IMG/VR virus record: IMGVR_UViG_3300028591_000003 | Location: 96,001 to 160,000 of that record | From: a virus | Taxonomy: Duplodnaviria > Caudoviricetes | DNA: 64,000 nt | Strand: one strand, 5' to 3' | In this document: positions 1 to 14,500 of the stretch, piece after piece | Position numbering within the stretch: the first letter of the stretch is position 1 | Layout: each line of letters begins with the position of its first letter | Made by a program: the position numbers and the translations under genes | The notes under the pieces: generated by a model | What the model saw: only the letters and a program-made list of their open reading frames with translations | What the model was told of the DNA's origin: nothing | Database searches by the model: none

Positions 1-2
1 AT

Positions 3-1403
3 TATTCGAATTCCATTTATGTTAGAGGTCTAACTAATTCTTGTGGTGTTCCAGCTACAGATGGTATTAGAGCAGGAGAGGAAGTTACTCCAGGTTATCC
101 AGAATAGCACTGGTATAGATACGATAATAATATAGTTCCTGTATATGAAGTAGAATGGATAGAAACAGATAAAAATTTTATAATGCAAAGATATTCTACA
201 GTACGTATAGGAGAAGAAATATATATTATTAAAGGTAAAGATGATAATGTTATTAGAACTAAAGATGCTCCAGATAAATGTGGATTGAGTGTTAACGGAG
301 TTTGGTTTAATAATAGAAGTGGAGAACCATATTCAATGGTAAATGCTTGTATGGTTTTGTAGGATAAATACGATTTAGCTTGTTTTTATAGAGATAGATT
401 AATAGCTAATTCTGGTTCTGTTGGAGACTGGATTAATATGCCAACATTACCTACTTTTTTAGGAGATAGTCTTGAAGAAAGAATTATGAAATGGTTAGCC
501 TATAAAAAGCAAGGAATTGGATTAATGGACACTTCTCAAGAAGGACAACTTAATACGGGATAGGCTCCAATAAATACACTTGTTAATGGATTTGATGATA
601 CTATAAAAGCACAAGCAGTACAAGCGATTCAAATGGCAATAGATTCTATTGAAGCTACAGCATCATCTATTACAGGAGTTTTTAGAGAAAGACTTAATGG
701 AATACAACAGAGAGATGCTGTTACAAATGTTCAAGTAGGAATTAATAATTCTTTTACAATTACAAAACAATGGCAATTTCAGATGGATTTAGTTACTAGA
801 GAAATTCTTTTAGATTGTTTAGATTGTGCAAAAATTGTATATAAAAAAGGATTAACTGGAACATTAATATTAGGAAAACTTCAAAAAATATTCACAGCAC
901 TTCCAGAGCATTATACTTTAACAGATTTTGATATACATCTAACTACCTCTGCTGAAATAACAAAAGAAATAGAACAAATAAAAGCCGTTGTGCCTGAATT
1001 TATAAAAGGAGGAATAGTTAGTCCTGATATTATAGTAGATATTATGACTTCAAAGAGTTTAACAGAAATGAAAACAAAAGTTAAACAATCTATTAAAAGA
1101 TAGAAGTTAGAAAACAATTAGATACAACAACTTACTCAACAAGTTGAAGAATTATAGAATAATTTACAACAAGCCCAACAATAGCTACAATAGGCTCAAA
1201 GTAAAATAGAATCTCTTAATGAAGCAAAACTTCAAATCGAACAATAGAAAATTCAGCTTCAATATCAAATTGATGATTATAAAGCTAAGACCGAAAGAAC
1301 TTTCAAAGAAACTCAAGCTGAAAATGATACAAAGAGAACTCAAATTGAACTTATGTAGTTATATGATGGAAATCCTTATAATGATGAAGTAAGAAATGTT
1401 TAA
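3..1403 (+). CDS. Portal protein, 3' part (TAG=Gln; begins before the window)
   Basis: One frame is open from 3 to TAA 1401-1403 when TAG is read through, and it includes ORF 633..1103. Segments 'VPVYEVEWIETD', 'SSITGVFRERLNGIQQRDAVTNVQVG' and a Gln-rich C-terminal coiled coil resemble crAss-like portals. Position in the structural module fits. Confidence 0.8.
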
Positions 1404-4400
1404 AACTTGTTCAAAAAATAGCAAAGACTAGTTTTTACTAGATGAAATAAAAAAATGGGTAGCACCTTGGGCATTAATATATGAGTCATCTAAAATTCCA
1501 AGCAACAAACTTCCTAATTTTTCTGAAATATTTGAAGTAAAAAATAATATTTTATATATAGACGGAAAAAGTACTGGAGTTAATGTTGCTGGAATTGAAG
1601 GAAAATCTGCATATGATATTGCTTTAGATAATGGATTTATTGGTTCGGAATAGAGCTGGTTAAAATCTCTTAAAGGAGATTCTGGAATAAGTAGTTATGT
1701 ACATATAGCATATGCAAATTATAATAATGGAGCATGGGAAGATTTCAGTACTACTAATTCCACTGATAGAAAATATATTGGAATTTACACAGACAATATT
1801 ATTTCAGGCTCAAATGATCCAAATGATTATAAATGGAGTTTATTCAAAGGTAAAGATGGAGTAAATGGAATTGATGGTCATGACGGACAAGATGGGTTGA
1901 ATGGTAGAGATGGTGTAGATGGAGCTAGTGGAACAAGTGATTATTTCCATGTTGCTTATGCTAATAAAGATGAATTTGGAAATATAATATAGTTCAGTTT
2001 AGACGATCCTACTGATCGTGAATATATAGGAACTTATGTAGATCAAACAAGATCTGATTCTCTTGATTCAAATAAATATCATTGGATGCTTGTAAAAGGA
2101 GCACAGGGTAGAGATGGAGAAGATGGAATTCCTGGAGCTAATGGAACAGATGGTAAAACATCATATTTGCATATTAAATATTCTGATGACGGAAGAACAT
2201 TTACTTTAAATAATGGTGAAACTCCTGGTAACTATTTAGGTCAGTATGTAGACTTTAATCAAAAAGATAGTACTACTTTTAGTGACTATAAATGGGTGCT
2301 TATTAAAGGAACTCCTGGTACTGATGGTAAAGATGGACTAGGTATTAATATTAAAGGAAGTTTTGACAGTACTGATGATTTACCAACATCTTATAATAAA
2401 GCAGGTGATGCATATACTGTTGGACTAAATATATATGTTTGGAACGGAGAAGAATGGAAAAACTGTGGACAATTTAGAGGAGAAAAAGGTGATACAGGTA
2501 ATGATGGTGCAAACGCCTATGTTCATTTTGCATATTGTAATGACTTAACTAATTATACTGATTTTACCACTTCCATAGAAGACGGAGATGATTATAAATA
2601 TATTGGCGTTTATACAGATAATACTCAAGCTGATAGTGATGATCCAACAAAATATTATTGGAGTCCATTTAGAGGTAAAGATGGTAAAAATGGAGAATAT
2701 GTTGAATTTATTTATAAAAGATTTGATTCACCTCAGACATTTATAAACGATAACAACAATCCTGCATATTGGTTAGCTAATCAAGTAAAAGATTATTTTG
2801 GACCTTCGGGATATGAATGGAGCGATAATCCACAAGGAGTAAATAATACATTACAATATGAATATGTAGCAACACGTACATATGATGGTAATTCGTTTGG
2901 TAAATTTACTACTCCTGTAATATGGTCTAAATGGGGTGAGAAAGGACAAGATGGAGATGGATATGAATACATATACAAAAGATTTACTACAACACAGACT
3001 TGGAATCCTGACGATAATAATCCAGCAAATTGGCAAGTAAGTCAAAATGATGAATTTTATGGACCAACAGGATATGAATGGAGTGATGATCCACAAGGTG
3101 TTAATTCAACATAGATGTATGAATATGTATCTACACGTAAAAAAGTAAATGGTTTGTGGGGTGCTTATTCAACACCATCGTTGTGGAGTAGATATGCACC
3201 TTCCGGTTCTAATGGTGGACATTGGGAGTTTGCGTATAAAAACAGTATAACTGATCCTACTCCTTTAACAGAAGGTTAGACAATTAATGATGCCATTTCT
3301 GCTGGATGGACAAGAAATCCATCATCCCCTAATTTTAATATAGGAGAATATACATGGATGACTCAAACATTCGTATCTGGAGAAGGACAATATGGAACAT
3401 GGACAACTCCTATTAAAATAACAGGTGAAAAAGGATAGAAAGGTGACGATGGTGACAATGCACCTTATGCAGATATAATGTATGGCAAAAGTAGTTACTC
3501 TACAGCAGGTGCTTCTGGTCCTTCTGATATATCAAGTTGGCAAACGACACCTCCACAAAGAACTTTCGGAACCTTTATTTGGATGAGAGTTCAAAATTAT
3601 GATAGTGCTGGAACATTACAATCTGTAAGTTATATCTGTTTAACTGGAGATAAAGGAGATCGTGGAACAAGCGGAAGTGTTAGTAAATGGTATGAATATG
3701 CTGGTGTTTGGGGACCAAATGATATAAATTCTGTAACTAACAGTGCTAACATTGGATATTATGTAAAGTACAATGATGGTTTCTATATGAATCTTGAAGA
3801 TGATGGAGTTGCCAATACAACTACTCCTTCAGCAAGTAGTTCTAAATGGGAACAAATGGCTGGAGATAGAAATTATTATATAGCGAAAGCTTTCTTCGGA
3901 GATTAGGCAGAGTTTGGTTCTGCTATCATTAATGGCGACTGGATGATTAGTAGAGTAGCAACAAGTACTTCTCCAAGTTCTGAATATCAGCATTTTGATC
4001 CTGCTTGTCCAAATAGTAGATGTACTGATTCAACTCATACTTATTATAATGATAATTTCATCCCACAATTTGCATTAGATATGAGGAGTGGTAAAATCTA
4101 TCTTAATGATGCAGAACTAAGTGGATATGCTACTTATTCTGATGTTAATAGCGAATTAGACGACTACCTTAATACAAAGAATGTTACTATAAATAGCCAA
4201 GAAATTACATTACATGAAGATGACGATTCTGATGAATGGTTTACCGCAAGTCTTTTTCCTAAGATGCTTATGATTGCTGCAAATGATCCTACTCAACGTA
4301 GAGATGGTATTGTCGAGTTGGATGGGGAAGGTTTAAAGTTCTTCGGATATGTCGGAGGTACTCGTGAAGGTTTTGAATATGATTATGATGGAATTTATTA

Positions 4401-5019
4401 CTCCGTCGGATCTGGTAATAAAACAGAAATTTTAAAAATAAACCATACTTCTTCTGGTAACGTTCAAAGTATAAATTTAAGTGCAGATGTAAAAATAGGA
4501 CCAGCTTACTTTAACAATGGTAATCTTTTTATTGACAACGGAGCGTCTGGAAATAATTATAAAGAAACATCGTTAAGCTCGGGTGGTGTTATAATGATGG
4601 CTCCGGATATATCAAACATGTGTTTTTTACATGTAGATGGAGTTACAAAATCTGGTGGATATGCCTCTTGGTCAGATATTATAGATGCTGCTAATAATGC
4701 AGTAAAGACTTCAGGAGGCAATCTTGATGTAAATAGTATAACTACCAAAGGTGTAACAATGTATGACGAAACCCAAGGAAATTATACAGGTACTTTACTC
4801 GATGGTTCTCGTATTTCATGCGAACAGTATACAGACAGTACTAAGGCTAATACAGATGCGGTTACAGAAATTACTCCAGGTCAGATTAAATTAAATTCTT
4901 ATTCAGACGCAGCTATAGTTTTTCAAAGTGGCAGCTCTCCTGTAAGCATCACTCAAGATGGTATTACTTATAACGGCACTACTAAAACATGGGCACAAAT
5001 CTTTGCTGCAATACCTTAA
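1396..5019 (+). CDS. Modular tail fibre / receptor-binding protein with collagen-like G-X-Y linkers (1207 aa, TAG=Gln)
   Basis: ATG 1396 overlaps the portal stop. ORFs 2086, 3478 and 3943 are in the same frame, separated only by TAG. Contains 'GKSAYDIALDNGFIGSE(Q)SWLKSLKG', GXY runs and repeated YxHxAY...YIGxYxD...DPxxYxW modules. Confidence 0.85.
1693..2670 (+). repeat. Four 'YxHxAY...YIG...W' modules separated by collagen-like linkers within the tail fibre
   Basis: Units start near 1693 (SYVHIAYAN), 1942 (YFHVAYAN), 2161 (SYLHIKYSD) and 2518 (YVHFAYCN). Each ends in S-x-D-x-x-x-Y-x-W-like sequence. Confidence 0.8.
2674..3195 (+). repeat. Tandem duplication of an 87-aa (261-nt) domain in the tail fibre
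   Basis: YKRF occurs at 2713 and 2974. 'NNPAYW..GPSGYEWSDNPQGVN..YEYV' matches 'NNPANW..GPTGYEWSDDPQGVN..YEYV', and the similarity is visible at nucleotide level. Confidence 0.85.
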
Positions 5020-5025
5020 TAAACT

Positions 5026-5646
5026 ATGAATAACTGTAATAAAATATATTTTGATAAAAATTGTAATACTATAGTAAATGATACTTTTGAAGAAGGATAC
5101 GTTTATGTTTACATATTACAATTAAATCAAACATATGATACTAAAAATCAAACTATTATTAGAACAAATATTGATGATGAAATAAAGTTTGATTTAGGTT
5201 TAGACGGATTTTATACACTAATTACTATCAAAATATCTACTGATATTTCTAAACCTTATTATTATAAGAATGGAAAATTTTATAAGAATATAAAAGAAGT
5301 AGAACTATCAGAAATTATTAATGTAAATCCAGAAATTTCTGAAGTTGAAGTTAATTATGATTATTACTTCTAGACTTGTCATTTAAGACAATGCTATGTT
5401 TCAATATGTTAGAAAATCTTTGATTCGTAGGCTAATATAGATTGTAATAAATCAAATTTAGATAAAGAATTGGTGTATAAAAGAGATTTAGTTTGGTCTG
5501 CTCTTAATGTGATAAAATATATGGCAGAACAAGATTAGTTTGAAGAAGCAGAAAGATTATTAGAAAAAATAACAAGATGTAACGGATTATGTCCTAATAG
5601 TGGTTGTGGATGTAAGTCTGTTCCTAAAGATTGTGGATGCAAATGA
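5026..5646 (+). CDS. Hypothetical virion-module protein with Cys-rich C-terminus (206 aa)
   Basis: ORF 5026..5373 extends through TAGs to TGA 5644-5646 and ends 'RCNGLCPNSGCGCKSVPKDCGCK'. Confidence 0.75.
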
Positions 5647-5891
5647 GTTTATTAAAATGTTGTAATCCGATATAGGAGCCTTTTGAATTTAGTATTCCTT
5701 GTGATAAACCAATTCACGGGAATACTAAATTTCCAGAATTGTTTCCTTTAGAACATAATATTTGTGAATTAAAAGAGAAAATAATTTATGAATATTTAGA
5801 TATAATTAATAAATTAGAGTGTGGAATTCAAGAAGATTTAGAATTTTTACTAGAAGAAATTTCTTTAGTTGATATAATGGAAAATGGATAA
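5643..5891 (+). CDS. Small hypothetical protein (82 aa)
   Basis: ATGA overlap with the upstream stop, one TAG at codon 11, ends TAA 5889-5891. Confidence 0.65.
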
Positions 5892-6666
5892 AAATTATTA
5901 GTATTATAACAATAGAAATAAAGAAGCATAGTAGTCTTGTGTTTATCCTGATTATAGAAAAGATATGTTTAAATATCTTCTTAAAGAAAATTACTTATCT
6001 GATTATAATTCTGAAGAAGATTAGTATAGAGTTTTATACAACTTAGGAATATTAGACAGACTCGAACTTTTAAAAAATTTAATTGATTCAAAAGTTATAT
6101 AGGCTGGAGGAATTACTTGGGATTCTTAGCCAACTTCTGGAAATTATGATAAAGTATTAAGTAGTGATTCTGTATATAGATCTTTGTTGAAATATTATAC
6201 TAAATAGGAAATTGATAATATTACACAAACTTTATGGGATACTATTTTACAAGCAGTTGAAGAAAAAATAAAAGCAGATTCTTCTTTATCCCTAAATTCT
6301 GAAAATCCAGTATAGAACAAAGTAATAACAGAAGCTTTAAACAAAAAAATTGATAAATCTAATTTAGAAACAATTATAAATGAATTAAAAGATGAAATTA
6401 TATCTGAATTAGATTAGTCTGAATCTATAAGAAGATTAAATGAGGGTTTAAACACAGAAATAAACAGAGCTACAGAAGAAGAATAGTCTTTAAGTAAAAG
6501 AATAGAAGAATTAGAAAAAAATCCTTCACAAGATAGTATTAAACATATAATTCTTACTTAGGAAGATTATGATAAAATAGATATTCCTGAACATAATGTA
6601 CTTTATATAATCATAGAATCTTCTGAAAGTAAATTTGGAGATTCTTTTCCTTTTATACTTAAATAA
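5884..6666 (+). CDS. Hypothetical tail-associated protein (260 aa)
   Basis: Open with TAG=Gln. Carries the phage fibre motifs 'DSSLSLNSENPV(Q)NKVITEAL' (TAG 6313-6315) and 'LT(Q)EDYDKI...NVLYII' (TAG 6559-6561). Confidence 0.75.
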
Positions 6667-6668
6667 TT

Positions 6669-8321
6669 ATGAATAAATTAAATATACCTATTAAAAATTC
6701 AGGAGATGCTTTAGAAGCATCCGAATTTAATAGTTTAATTAGTAAAACTAATGAACTTGTAGATTCAGTCAATGAAGGTGGTTCTGGAGAACCAATAGAT
6801 ACTTCTGGTGTTATTTCAGTAAGTTCGAAAGGAAATGTTACATTAGGTAGTACTAAAAATGTTAATATTGAACCTGCTTGGAATAATAATGAACAAAGTT
6901 ATACTGGAAATTATGGAGATATTGCTTTAAAACCAGGAGATGATATTCAACTTTGTTCTCATCATAGAGAACCTAAAAAGAGAGATAAAATTGTTGTAAA
7001 AAACATTGATGGTTCTGATAATCCAGTAAAAATGCAAGTTGTCGCAGGAGAACTTGATTTAGCAGTAGGTACTTCAAAAAACCCTAAAACTGCTACTAAA
7101 AAGAAAGATAAAAATACTGGATTAGATACTTCTGAACCAATGTTTAAAAGTTCAGACGCTAAAACTTTCGATGTCAGAATACTTACAGGAACCACTTTAG
7201 ATGCAGGAACTGATGATGAAAGAGAAGAAAGGGGCTATTTAAAAGTTCGTGCTCAAGCTATTGACCTCCGGTGTGAAAAACATGGAGGAATTGCATTATA
7301 GCCTAAAGGTTATGATGAAGATGGTAACATGAATAAAATTAAATTTGAGCATGGTGGTGGAGACGGACTTGAATTTGGAACATTTAACACAGAAAAAACT
7401 TCACTTTATACAGACGAATATCGTTTCAAAAAAGATGGTGTTTGGAAAATGGCCACAAGAGAAACTACTCCAAATACTAAAACTGTATATGATGATAATA
7501 CTCCTACTGGAAAATAGTCTACTGCTGCATAGAAATATGTTAAACAAGCAGATGACTTCTACGATATTATAGATGTTGCTGATGAACAATGCACTACAAA
7601 AGATATTATCAAGACAGCTGCTGCATTAAACGGAACGTCTGGTATTCATACTCATATGACAAGTAAAGGCAACTTGGAGATTGAGAGTAATGCTATGTGG
7701 CAGGTACTTGAAGATCAGGAACTGACGTATACACAAGTCGGAATTGTTTCTGCCGATCGTCTTACAAAGTTACATCCTGCTAATCTTCCAAACACTCCTC
7801 ACACACTTACCGAACTTTTATCTTGTTTTGGCACTGAGACATATGAACTTATCGATAGTGAAGACGTCGTATTAAGCGTAGATACAGTAAATCAAATGGA
7901 TGCAGTAGAAATCGTCTATGATATTTTACAGAGTATCGATGAATCGAGTTCAGACTTTGTGAAATTTACCAAAGTGTCTTCACCAGACATAAATATCGAA
8001 AGTGATTCAAATATCAAAATTACTGCACAAAATAAAATTAAGTTTGGCGGCGAACTTGACTTCGGAAGCTCATTTAATTTTGGTGAGACAGATAACGGTA
8101 TTGAAGTCCAATATAAGCTCACTAAAAAGGGTGCTACAAAGAATTGTGGTATAGTTAAGGTAGTCGGTGTGAATAATAACGCTACTAGTTAGTTAGTTGT
8201 GGAAGGAATAACCATAGAACCTGGACAAACCGCAGAAGTAGCTTCGTGTTCAATTTTGGATATGATTAAGCTTGTAAACTACATGAAAAATAATAACTCT
8301 GGACCTTGGGCTACGGTATGA
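6669..8321 (+). CDS. Putative beta-rich tail/spike protein (550 aa)
   Basis: ORFs 6669, 7329 and 7656 are in one frame joined through TAG, ending at TGA 8319-8321. N-terminus 'KNSGDALEASEFNSLISKTNEL'. Confidence 0.7.
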
Positions 8322-8506
8322 TTAAAATAAATAATAAAAATGTAATTGCTATGTATATAAACGGGTAGAGTGTTCTATCCGTTTATACATAGAGATAGTT
8401 AATTTGGACAATAAAAGAGATAATTGATGAAATTTTATCTTGTTATTACAATGGATATTGGATGGATGAATATCCTTGGACAGATGATACATCTTGGAGT
8501 GATTAA
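8318..8506 (+). CDS. Small Trp-rich protein (62 aa) preceding the large CotH-like gene
   Basis: ATGA overlap, three TAGs, C-terminus 'SCYYNGYWMDEYPWTDDTSWSD', TAA 8504-8506. Confidence 0.7.
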
Positions 8507-8508
8507 TT

Positions 8509-11500
8509 ATGGACTTATATAACGGAAAAATAAATGAATTTATAGATTGGTTAACAGGAGATAATATTATAACTGGACAAAATGAAACCGATCAATTAAA
8601 AGTATCTGGAGGAAGTATTAGATAGTTACTATAGGAAAGATTAAGAAGTCCGTTTGTATTAAAAGAAGATATTGAAAATAACTTGTATAGAATGTTCTCT
8701 AGTGAAACTGCTTATTAGATGTGGTTAGAAAATCCGTCTGATAATGCTGATCTCGAACTATTTAATTTTGTTAGACCTAGTGATTATAAATTAAACATTA
8801 TAATTAATAGTAATAATAGGTTTGTAAGATATGGAGATAGTTCAAATTTAAATACTAGAATACAATATACTTGGGATATAAGAAATGATGAAGGAGAGTC
8901 TACAGATGGACTTACTGCAACATATACAATTGTAAACGAAGCATCAGGTAAAACAACAACATTTACAAGATGGTATAACAAAGGTGAGGCTGTAGATTTT
9001 AGTATATATCAATACCTAGAACCAGGAACAAATACTATAACTATTTCAGCTAGAGGTTCTACAACAGGTGCTAGAAATAGTGCTACATTCAATATAGTAT
9101 TACTTTAGCTTAATGTAAGTAGTACATTTGATTTTATGGAAAAATATGCTAACGGAGATCAAATTACTTTTCCTTGTACATTTACTCGTAATAATCAAGA
9201 TGGAACTGCTAATATACATTTTGTTATAGATGAAGGCGGAAACGGAAAAGAATGGATTTATCAAGTATTGAAAAATACAGGAACTCAAATTAATGCTACT
9301 CAAAGAGTTGTTCCAAATTTAGATCCTGGATTACATACACTACAAATATGGGCAGAAGCGGCTTATAACGATGGAACTATTATTATAAATAGTAATATGT
9401 TATATTATACATTTGTTATTGCTACACCTGAAATTTCTGTTCAAAAATATATATGTATTTCTACTTCTTTTGATTCTGGATCATTTCCAATGACTAATTT
9501 GGTTTTACAAGCTAAACAATATCTTCCTTCAATTCTTAATTGGGGATATTATACTGATGCAGAACAAACAGATACTTAGATACAAGTTACATGGAAATTA
9601 TATGAAAATTAGGATGATGAAAATCCTGATTTATTAGGCAATGCTACTGCAAATAGTAGATAGATTGCTCCATCGTTATCTTATATTCCAACAATATATT
9701 CTGAATATGATGATGGTTCTCAACCTCTTTCATATTTATCTGCTCAATGGAACAATAACGAATTAATAAGAATTCCAATACAAATTCAACAAAATAGTGA
9801 TATATAGATATATGAAACTGGAGCATTTGTTCTTAAATTATCTGCTTATGGTAGAACAAATGATAGTTCAGATAAAAATGAATGGATAGATTCTGAACAT
9901 AATATAGATACTAATTTTACAGGTATTCAATGGAATACTAACTCTGGATGGTATAACAATACTTTTAGAACTGTCGGAACTAATGAATATGCAGAAATAA
10001 ATTATAGTCCTTTTTATGGATTTTCATTTAATAACGGAAAAACTATTGAAATTGAATTTGAAACAGAAAAAACCAATTCTGATAATGATAAATTAATTAT
10101 AATTGGAAGTCCTTATGCTGCTAGAATCGAAATTACTCCTGTAAGAGCATCGTTATATTCTAATGATGGAACTGAAGTTGTTCATACTAATTATAAATCA
10201 AATGAACGCATCAAAATTGCATTTATTATAAATCCTATTTCTGTAGGAGAAAAAACTGTGGAATCAGGACTTGCTTATATTATCAATAATGGAATATTGG
10301 AAAGAGCAGCTTCTGCTTCTGGATATGCTTTTAATACAAGTGGAAATATTAAAATAGGTGGGTCTAACTCTGGAATTAGAGTATATAATATGAGAATTTA
10401 TAATTATGCTATTACTTATTCTGATGCTTATAATAATTATGTTTATGATAGTGAAAATAAAGTTGATATTGTAAATGATAATAATGTATTAGGTACTTCT
10501 GGAGAAATTAGTTTTGATTTATGCAAAAATAAACTTGATACAATTCTTATATCCGGAGATTTAAGTAATATTCTTAATTAGAATAGTGATAAACAAGATT
10601 CTACTACAGATGTAACAATTGAAAGAATATGTCCTTATGATACTACTAAAAATTTTAAAATTAATAATGCTTAGCTTAGAAAACATGGACAATCTACATT
10701 AAATTATCCTATTACTTCTATGAAAATGTGGTTTAATAAATCCAAATCTGGAATACAACCCATATTTGAAATAGTACCACAATAGAAATACTCTTATAAT
10801 AAGAATAGATATAAGATGAAAGAAACCTCTATTCCATAGAATAAGTTTGTTCTTCAAGCCAACTATGCTGACTCTTCTGGAGTTCATAATGGAAGTTTAT
10901 TAAGACTAATTCAGTCATCTTGGTTTAATGCTAAAATTGATGGAGAATATAAGTTAAGAACTTTACCTCAATTATTTACAACAAATCAAACAGTTACTCA
11001 TAATTCTGTCGAATTAAACGATGTTAATGATAATATAGATGGTCTTAATGAAGAAGGACATAATTGGAATTATTATTCTCCTAGAACAGAGTTTCCTTAT
11101 GATATAAGAATCTCTCCTGATTCTTTCCCTTGTGTAGTATTTTATTATGATGAAGCAGGAACACAGCAACGTACATTCTTAGGATAGTATGTATTTATGG
11201 ATGATAAGAAATCTGATTTCTTATACGGTGAACGTAGTATATATAAAATTCCAACTGATCCGTTCTGCTTAACTACTACTCATGCTAAAGATGATACCAA
11301 AGAAAATAAAATATGGGATAATAAAAATGTTCTTAGAATAGAAGTACTTGAATCTAACAATAGATATTCATCTTATATGTCTACTGAAGGATTTAATGAA
11401 AGAAATGGAAGTCGTTATGGATGGGAAACTGCTTTCGAAATGATTTATCCCGATCCCGATGATTTAAATGAAAAAGATACTAAAGAAGGTAAAAATAAAT

Positions 11501-14500
11501 TTGATCCAGATTCAGCATTTGCTATTGCAGCTAAACCTTTTGTAGATTGGTATAACTGGTTAGTAAGTACTAGAAATAATCATACTAAATTTAGACAAGA
11601 AGCAGCACAACATCTTGATTTGTATAAGATAGCTGCTTATTATATTTTTGCATTAAGATTTGGTCTTGTTGACTCACTTGAACGTAATGCACAAATAAAA
11701 ACATATGATGGAATTCATTTCCATTATGAACCATGGGATATGGATATTGCATTAGGTAATAAGAACGATGGTGGTATTGCTTATGATCCTCCTATCGATC
11801 GTAATACAAAACTTCCTGGAAGTATTTCTACATATGCATATTCTGGAAAAAGTGGAAATAAAGATACTGGAGAAATAGTGACATCTAACTGGTTATTTGA
11901 TGCTCTTGAAGCATGGCCTTATTGGATGAATACAATAGTTCCAAAAGTTGCTGATGCATTATATAATGCAGGACTTACTTATGATAATATAAGTAAAATG
12001 TTCGATGAAGAATATGCTAGTGCTTGGTGTGAAATAATATATAATAAGAGTGGATTCTTTAAATATATTGAATCTGGTAACTTTGATACAAAATGGTTAT
12101 CCTGGTTACAAGGTTCTCGTATGACACATAGACACTGGTGGTTAAGCACTTCTATGGACTATTATGATGCTAAATGGTTCTGTGGTGATTATAAAAATCA
12201 CTATATTTATATTACAGCTAACGTATCAGAAGGTAGTGGAGCAAAAATAAGAATTACTCCTAACAAAGATACTTATATGACTACTGCTATCAACTATATG
12301 CCAGATGAACAAACTGATCCAGATCCAGAAAGTGTAGTTGTACAAGGTACTGTTCCTGTTACACCTAATAATCCACTAGTTTATACAGTTCCTAATTTAA
12401 ATACAAAAGCTCCTTTCTTTGTATATGGTGCTAATTTTATGGAAGATATAAATCTTAGTGAAATAGCTACAGGACTTGATACTATTGATATTAATGGTGT
12501 TTATTCTAATGTATTAGGTTCTCCTTTAAAATCTTTAAATATTGGAGTAAACTTTACATAGACTGACGATACCTATACAGGAACCGTTGCTACTCTTGGT
12601 GGTAGTATTCGTGGTAATGCTAGAACTCTTTAGAATTTATAGACTTTGAATGTTGCAGGATAGAGAAACTTTATAGACACTAGATTTATAAGAGATTATG
12701 ATTTAGTAGAATTGAAAAATTTCTATGCTATGGGATCAGGTATTACTAATTTCTGGAGTTCTGAATCTGGTAATAAATTTAATATTTTACAATTACCTGA
12801 TACAGTTAGTATTTTTGATATAAATAATACTAATTGGAATAATCTTACATTCTGGCATACAGAAATAAATAATAGTGCTGCTACTATTACACCTACAGGA
12901 ATCTCTTCTAATTTACAAACCGTTAGATTAAATGGAACAAGTTGTCAAGACTATAATTCTATTTAGTTTATTAGAGAATGGTTGTAGGCAATAATTACTA
13001 CAGAAGGAGTTGAAGGATTAAAGAATCATACTTTCGAAGCAAATAAAATATACTGGACTTCTGATTCTGTAGGAGGTGATAATAATCTACTTACATATGA
13101 CGAATTAGCTTTAATTGCTCAATTAAATGGAGATCCAGATCCTGTAACAGGTAAGAAAAATCATAATCTTAAAGGATATATTGTTCTTAGAAATGAAAAT
13201 GGAACACATCTTACTACAGAACAACTTACTCAAATCAAAAACTGGTTTGGTGATACAGTCTTTACTAAAAATTCATCTGGACTTGTAATTGATCATATGT
13301 TAGAATATGTTCAAATTAATGTTGGTGGTGATATTTAGATGGATAATAATGAACTTTATTTAAACGAAGATAGTAGAGCTTCATTAAATGCTACTAAATT
13401 TGCACTTGCTGAAAGTGATACAGATGATGGAATTTGGACAGTATCTTATGCTTCTGTTACAGATGTACAATAGTCTTCTAATGGTATTACTGATAGAGGA
13501 ATACGTATTATAAATGCAGAAGAAAGTGCTGACGGACACACTTATTTATAGACTGCTGAATCACAACTCGGAGGTAATTATGATATTAAAGTATGGTATA
13601 CAGCAAATGGACAATCTGTTTATGTAATAATTCACATGATTGGAGTTTAGTATCCTAGTAATATAAATTTTGCATTAGATATTAAAGGACAATATAGACC
13701 TAGATTATCTACAGGAAGTGCAACTATTTATCTTAATGGAACACAATTTGATTTGTATTTAGATTTAGACTCTATACAATATACCGCTAAAATAAGAAAT
13801 ATTACTTATAGAATTACTGACGGAACAGATGTGTTTACTTATGATACTTTAACAGATTATGCTTCCGATTAGAATTGGAATAATCTATATTTAGAAGTAA
13901 ATAAATCTACTAGTAAGAAGGGAATATATTTGAATTGTTCTAGTGGTGTTCCTAATGATGATACAATTTATCAATATTAGGTTACAGCTACTATAAGATT
14001 CTTATCTGGAAAATCAATGCAAATAAATTATAATATTATTATAATGAACGACGCTGCTATCATAATAAGTGTTCAAACTGCTATGTATAATGCAGTTAAT
14101 AATAGATGGACATAGAAATATGGTGAAGCAATAGGTCGTAGTACAATATATCGTAGTGATTTAATGTAGTTAGACGGAACACTTACATTCGATTCTTCTA
14201 TATTAAATGTATATACTAATAATGGTAGTACATTATTCAATTATTTACCTAATATAACGGGACTTGTATTTACAGGGTGTACTTCGTTAACTAGTACTTA
14301 TACTGTTCCTGGAGGAGAGACTATAAACTTGTTCACATTTGATAAAATGACTAATCTACAAACATTAGTATTATCAAATTGTTCTAGTTTGACAGAAGAT
14401 ATAGATTTAACTAATTGTCCGAATTTAATATCAGTTATTGCCGACGGAACTACTATAAATATAGTATTACCTGAAGGTACTGGTATTACACAATATGTAT

